Assembly: GCA_964549075.1 (NCBI GenBank)
Contig: CAZJUB010000031.1
Span: 1-29,356 of the forward strand
Direction: 5' to 3'
Source: an uncultured archaeon
Lineage (GTDB): Archaea; Asgardarchaeota; Heimdallarchaeia; Heimdallarchaeales; Heimdallarchaeaceae
Length of the DNA: 29,356 bases
A model generated the notes under the pieces. That model ran no database searches. It was not told the origin of the DNA and saw only the letters and a list, made by a program, of their open reading frames with translations. Made by a program: the position numbers and the translations under genes. Below, piece after piece: positions 24,775-29,356 of this stretch; position 1 is the first letter of the stretch, and every line of letters starts with the position of its first letter.

Positions 24775-25766
24775 TATTCTTCATCTAAGTTGACAATATT
24801 TTGAACTGATTCTCCTCTAATAAACCTATTAACATTATTGTATAATTCTTTTCTAAAATCACTAAATGAGATGTCCGAAACCCAAGCTCTGTGAGCACTC
24901 ATGATAATGTTATCTAATTCTTGAAATGGGTAATCTGAAGGATAACAAGGGATTGGGTCTTGTTTTTGTTCTCCTCCTCCTCTATTTATGGGATAATTGT
25001 ACCACACATCAATTGCTGCTCGTTTTATTTTATTTTCTTTCAAAGCTTCATAGAGTGCTTTATCATTGATCGTTCCACCTCTACCAACATTTATGATAAT
25101 GATGTTAGTTTTCATAACCTCAAATTCTTCTTTATCTAGAAAATTTGTTGTTTTTGAAGTAAGTGGTAGACTATTGAAAATAAAATCAGCTTGTTTTAAA
25201 GCTTCTTCTTTATTCTCTGGAAGAAAAACTTTTACTTCGGGATCATCACATTGTTCTGTTCTTTTTATTGCTAGGTATTTCATATCAAAAGGTTTACAGA
25301 ACTTTTTGAAATATTTAGCAATATTACCAAATCCAAGAAATAGAACTGTCTTGTTTAATAAAGATACAGAAGTACCTACCTGAGGATCCCAAATACCTTT
25401 TCGTAATAACCTATCGCTTGTATGCAAATTTTTAGAAGCTGAATGAAGCATTGAAAAACCGTGTTCAGCAATTATGAATGCATGAGCATGAGAATTACAG
25501 AAAAGAACTCCGTTTTCTTTGAAAAACTGAAGATTATGCCTATTTACTCCTGTTCCAAAAATCTGTTGCATTTTTAGGTGTTTTGTTTTATTTAGTTGCT
25601 CATCAGTTAGTCTCCCGCCGATGACAATTTCTGTTTTCTCGAGTGCAATATCTTTCGCATCACCGTTTAAATCATGAAAGAATGAGATCTTTGATGATCT
25701 ATCCAAAATCCTTTTAGCATCTTCTTTCTCTTCTTCTGAAAGATTTCCAAGAATTAATATGTTCAT
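24771..25766 (-). CDS. D-isomer-specific 2-hydroxyacid dehydrogenase
   Basis: GTGVN, IAEH, LGFGNIA nucleotide-binding loop, LPLT, INVGRG, AAIDVW and SAH (catalytic His). ATG 25766 (MNILILG) is preferred over TTG 25811. Confidence 0.92.
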   Translation of the reverse strand: MNILILGNLSEEEKEDAKRILDRSSKISFFHDLNGDAKDIALEKTEIVIGGRLTDEQLNKTKHLKMQQIFGTGVNRHNLQFFKENGVLFCNSHAHAFIIAEHGFSMLHSASKNLHTSDRLLRKGIWDPQVGTSVSLLNKTVLFLGFGNIAKYFKKFCKPFDMKYLAIKRTEQCDDPEVKVFLPENKEEALKQADFIFNSLPLTSKTTNFLDKEEFEVMKTNIIIINVGRGGTINDKALYEALKENKIKRAAIDVWYNYPINRGGGEQKQDPIPCYPSDYPFQELDNIIMSAHRAWVSDISFSDFRKELYNNVNRFIRGESVQNIVNLDEEY

Positions 25767-25868
25767 AATGATGAAATTCAAAGGAATCTTAAAGATTTTT
25801 TGTTCAATCAAAATTCTCGAATAACAAAATAAAATTCAAATAGTACAAGTACTAAAACTAATTATACT

Positions 25869-27503
25869 ATGAGCGAGAATACTGATACCTCTGATATGCA
25901 TGCTTTGATAAAGCAGCTAAAATATAGCTCTATTCCTCTACAGAGAGAAAGAGCTGCATATATTCTCGCTAATTTCCGCCATTCTAAAGCTTTAGAAGCT
26001 TTATTGAATGCTCAACTTCAAGATCCTAATCCAAAAGTTAGAGACGCAGCATCACAAGCTTTAGCTTCTCTTATAACTTCAGATGATTTTGATGAAGGGA
26101 TTGTGGAAGAACTTAAAGATGAAAATGGGCATATTAATCCCAGTTTAGGAAGCGATTTGTTTAATCTTTCTAAAGAATTCGAAATAATTAGAAAAGGAAT
26201 GAAAAAGGTCAAATTCAATCTAAACGATTCCATTGAGTTAAGACAATTATTCAACGCTGTTGAGAAAGATAGACATCTCAAAAAACAACCAACTGCAAAA
26301 AGCTTGATTAATTCCATTCTTCTTCTTCCTATAGATAATCCAGATATGGGGAGAGATGTAGCTATAGCTTTAGGTGAAATATTACGAGTAAGTTCTGAAG
26401 AGTCTGAACGACTTACAGCAATTGGTTGTCTGAATAACATTATTACTAATATTGACAAATATACACCATACTTTGGAATAGCAGAAGCTTATATCATGAT
26501 TTTCAAAGCTTCTGACGATCCAGAAATGAGAATTACAGCTTTCAAATGCTTAGAAGAATTAATTGTCAAGAAAAAATCCTTAGCAAAACTCAATCAATAC
26601 ACTATCGATATAGTTAAGCTCCTTAAATTCTCATATGACCAAAAAATACGAGAGATTGCTCTTTTTGCATATCCTGATTTGGTTCTTTCAAAGGAAGAAA
26701 AAATCCCCTATCTCATCGATTTAATTGTGGGAGTAGTCAGAGCAACATATGAAGATAGACTCAGAGAAATGGGTTTGAAAGCTCTAGAAGCGATTATAAT
26801 CCGTGATTACTTATCTGATCTAAACGTCCAAAGAATAATTAAGATACTCAAATCTCATCATTCAAAAAATGTTAGAATCAGAGCAATTGAACTTTTTACA
26901 CAGATAATCTACCAATCAATACCAGATATTGCTGAAACCTCTGTTGTTACTCTAATGCAAATTGTACTCAATACGAAAGAAGAAAATATCTGTTATACTG
27001 CTCTTCAAAATGTTGAAAAATATACTTTCATGTCACTTGAAACTGATCTTGTTGTAAGAATTTTAAGAACAGTTGGTGAGATTACCGTTAAATCTTATCA
27101 TCCTTTCCTAGCTTTTCGAGCTTACAATATATTGGAAAGTATAATTCTCAATAGCCCGAATAAGTTATCTGAAGATTTTGCTGAGACATTTATTGATTGT
27201 TTAAAATTACACAAAGATATAGGAGTAATTGAACAAATTCTTCTAACTTACACAGCTTTAATTACCCATCGTAATCTCATTCCAAAAGATGTTAAACAAT
27301 ATATTAAAACAATACTTTATGTTACAACTGATCCAGAAATATTAGAAGGATTAGTAAATATTTTTAAAGAATTAATGATATCAGACGAAAGAGTCATTCC
27401 TGAAAAAGTAGTTAACAAACTTATGGAAATAGTTAGTAAAACTGTTGTAAAAGAAGATATATTCTTACTTCTAACCCAGTTGGTAGTTGAAGAGTTCTTC
27501 TAA
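25869..27503 (+). CDS. HEAT-repeat alpha-solenoid protein
   Basis: N-terminal PBS-lyase-type HEAT pair (RERAAYILA...DPNPKVRDAASQAL), then about nine helix-hairpin repeats of about 40 aa (e.g. IFKASDDPEMRITAFKCLEELI, ILKSHHSKNVRIRAIELFTQII). Confidence 0.8.
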   Translation: MSENTDTSDMHALIKQLKYSSIPLQRERAAYILANFRHSKALEALLNAQLQDPNPKVRDAASQALASLITSDDFDEGIVEELKDENGHINPSLGSDLFNLSKEFEIIRKGMKKVKFNLNDSIELRQLFNAVEKDRHLKKQPTAKSLINSILLLPIDNPDMGRDVAIALGEILRVSSEESERLTAIGCLNNIITNIDKYTPYFGIAEAYIMIFKASDDPEMRITAFKCLEELIVKKKSLAKLNQYTIDIVKLLKFSYDQKIREIALFAYPDLVLSKEEKIPYLIDLIVGVVRATYEDRLREMGLKALEAIIIRDYLSDLNVQRIIKILKSHHSKNVRIRAIELFTQIIYQSIPDIAETSVVTLMQIVLNTKEENICYTALQNVEKYTFMSLETDLVVRILRTVGEITVKSYHPFLAFRAYNILESIILNSPNKLSEDFAETFIDCLKLHKDIGVIEQILLTYTALITHRNLIPKDVKQYIKTILYVTTDPEILEGLVNIFKELMISDERVIPEKVVNKLMEIVSKTVVKEDIFLLLTQLVVEEFF

Positions 27504-27506
27504 ATT

Positions 27507-28328
27507 TCAGACATAGAACAAGATCTGAGAAAAACAGATTAAAGCAGTAACTAATATAATTTCCCACCAATCAAATTTGAATTGTCTGATAACATCTCTG
27601 AATAGGAATGGAGAGATAACAGAAATAAGTAGAAAGAACGTTCCAGGGAAGTAAAGATAAACGACATGGTTTCTATAGGATATGGAGTAGTTGAACATCA
27701 GACCAAAGAATACAGAGATAGTGATAAAATCAATAATTGTATAAATCAGAAAGGGCAATCTGATCTTTTTATGAACATCCATTTTATAAGCTAAAAATAT
27801 CATGGGTATATAGAAGAAAAAGATATCAGTATAGAAATCAGTAGTTTGAAGCATCTTAAGCTTGAACATATCTTGAAATGCGAATTCATCAAAACTTTCG
27901 AATGGAACTATTGGAAATCCAACTGCTATCCTACTTGGCCATAGGAAGTAAACTGTATCGATGTAAAGCATATCTAGAAAGATGTGCATAGCAATACCAA
28001 CAAATAAACCAAGAGCAAAACCAGTAGAATCATAATTGTATTTCTCTTTAATCCGAGGTATTAAACCTACAAAAAAGATGAGGAGAGGAATAGCAATGAC
28101 AAAGATTAAACTATGAGTAAAAGATCTGTGAATTGCTTCAACTGCTGCTTCAGCTTTTGTAACAGCTTCAGCGGTACCACTGCTACGAATAATTAAGTAG
28201 GCTACAGCTGCTACTACAATATCGATGTCAGGTAAAATTGCACCTAAAACTGCAGCTAATTTGAACTCTTTTCTTTTAGATAAACTTGCAATTAAGAGTC
28301 CAGAAAGAAGATGAATACCGCCTTGCAC
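27507..28328 (-). CDS. Membrane-bound metal-dependent hydrolase (YdjM-like)
   Basis: N-terminal H, GAILPDID, HRSFTHSL, HIFLD and FLWP motifs; multiple TM helices; GTG start. Confidence 0.88.
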   Translation of the reverse strand: MQGGIHLLSGLLIASLSKRKEFKLAAVLGAILPDIDIVVAAVAYLIIRSSGTAEAVTKAEAAVEAIHRSFTHSLIFVIAIPLLIFFVGLIPRIKEKYNYDSTGFALGLFVGIAMHIFLDMLYIDTVYFLWPSRIAVGFPIVPFESFDEFAFQDMFKLKMLQTTDFYTDIFFFYIPMIFLAYKMDVHKKIRLPFLIYTIIDFITISVFFGLMFNYSISYRNHVVYLYFPGTFFLLISVISPFLFRDVIRQFKFDWWEIILVTALICFSQILFYV

Positions 28329-28378
28329 GTCACTTTAATAGTTGATTTGAGTATATAATGTTTCTGCATGTTATATAC

Positions 28379-28675
28379 CTAATAAGCAGTAATTCTCTCA
28401 ATAGATTTGCTAATTTGATTAATGATAGTTTTTGCATCATCTTCTTGTATATCGCCATGTACAAAAACACGGCATGAAGGAAAAATGGAGATTTTATGAC
28501 CTGTCTCATCATCTTGCAAGACCAGCATGACTCTGGTTTCGCGTAGAAGCTTGTAAGACTTTAGATTTTCAAGAAGTTCGCTCTTTAAATCTTTTAGAGA
28601 AATGTTGTGAAATTCTTCAGGAATTCCTTCGAATCCTTTCTTTTTCTTACAAGGTTCAATGGTATCGTAAATCAT
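28379..28675 (-). CDS. Small hypothetical protein (possible TBP-like/helix-grip alpha-beta domain)
   Basis: 98-aa ORF with ATG start filling the gap between two genes. It has EPC near the N-terminus and a KISIFPSCRVFVHG-x-EDDAK strand-strand-helix pattern. Confidence 0.65.
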   Translation of the reverse strand: MIYDTIEPCKKKKGFEGIPEEFHNISLKDLKSELLENLKSYKLLRETRVMLVLQDDETGHKISIFPSCRVFVHGDIQEDDAKTIINQISKSIERITAY

Positions 28676-28794
28676 CTAGTTGAAAGAACTATTCTACCTA
28701 TTTTTAATTTTCGAATTAATACAGAAAAGAAGAATCAATGAATAGAAGCTTTCTTCTGAATAATACTTAAAAATGTTTAAAAAATTGATTTTCT

Positions 28795-29356
28795 ATGAAT
28801 GGAACACTTCTTAGAATCAATCTTTCAACCGGAAAAATCTCTAAAGAGGAAATTCCGGAAGAAGTTCACAACAAGTATATAGGCGGAACAGGATATATAG
28901 CCTACTATCTCTATAAAGAACTAGATCCTAAAACTGGACCTCTTTCACCAAATAATAAAATTATTCTCGCGACTGGGCCAGCACAAGGCACAAAAATTCC
29001 TATTACAGGAAGATATGTCGTAGGAGCACTTAGCCCTCTAACTAATCATTTTATCGACAGTCATGTAGGAGGATTTTTAGGACCTGAGTTACGCTTTGCA
29101 GGATATGATTTAATTATTATTGAAGGGAAAGCAAGAAATCCTGTTTATGTGTCTATCAAGGATGATCAAGTGAAAATTAAAGATGCGAGTCATCTCTGGG
29201 GCAATACCTCTTATAACGTTGAAATAAAAATCAGAGAAGATGAAAAAGAACCAAAGATGAGAGTTATATGTATAGGTCCTGCTGGGGAAAATCTTGTTGC
29301 TATTTCTTGTCCCACCTCTGATGGTCATCTTAAACCTGGTAGAGGAGGATTGGTAG
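28795..29356 (+). CDS. aor: Aldehyde:ferredoxin oxidoreductase family (tungstopterin) protein, N-terminal part, running off the window
   Basis: Manual translation from ATG 28795 gives MNGTLLRINLSTGKI...YIGGTG...PLSPNNKIILATGP...SPLT...DSHVGG...LRFAGYDLIIIEGKA...DASHLWG...IGPAGENLV...GRGGL with no stop before the window end. It is absent from the ORF track. Confidence 0.95.
   Translation, partial: MNGTLLRINLSTGKISKEEIPEEVHNKYIGGTGYIAYYLYKELDPKTGPLSPNNKIILATGPAQGTKIPITGRYVVGALSPLTNHFIDSHVGGFLGPELRFAGYDLIIIEGKARNPVYVSIKDDQVKIKDASHLWGNTSYNVEIKIREDEKEPKMRVICIGPAGENLVAISCPTSDGHLKPGRGGLV

Noticed and set aside
982-26458. Other short ORFs nested in or antisense to long genes (e.g. 982-1254, 3048-3323, 6214-6477, 16409-17144 cluster, 18823-19122, 19380-19688, 20508-20909, 25066-25383, 26018-26458)
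   Set aside because: They are fully contained in well-supported genes and have Ser/Ile/Phe-rich antisense-type composition with no motifs.
28330-28512. 60-aa minus-strand ORF overlapping the 98-aa gene in another frame
   Set aside because: It largely overlaps a better ORF and has no recognisable features.
29110-29328. 72-aa minus-strand ORF
   Set aside because: It lies antisense within the clear AOR coding sequence.

Overview
AT-rich, gene-dense archaeal window, with GGAG/GAGGT-type ribosome-binding motifs, TTG/GTG starts, a methanogen-type SerRS and an aldehyde:ferredoxin oxidoreductase. The gene content suggests an Asgard, Heimdallarchaeia-like genome; this is inference, not a search result. 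It holds about 19 genes. Two paralogous, convergently oriented MacB/FtsX-type ABC operons each pair a very large permease with a single-chain double-ATPase protein that has an AbrB-like insert. The rest are a large single-pass surface protein with a cytoplasmic zinc ribbon, an HD dNTPase-like protein, a UDP-glucose dehydrogenase, an N-terminally extended beta-CASP nuclease, L-threonine aldolase, a frameshifted CARDB/Ig-like membrane protein, a SAM methyltransferase, type-2 SerRS, a DedA/TVP38 protein, a D-2-hydroxyacid dehydrogenase, a HEAT-repeat solenoid, a YdjM-like membrane hydrolase, a small hypothetical protein, and the 5' part of an AOR gene missing from the ORF track. The most striking item is the low-complexity protein at 12280-13173(-). 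Its order of parts is N-terminal coiled coil, Pro/Ala linker with short repeats, two WH2-like repeats, an amphipathic helix ending in KR, and an acidic run. That mirrors the VCA architecture of WASP/WAVE/WASH actin nucleation-promoting factors. No rRNA, tRNA, CRISPR array or mobile element was recognised.
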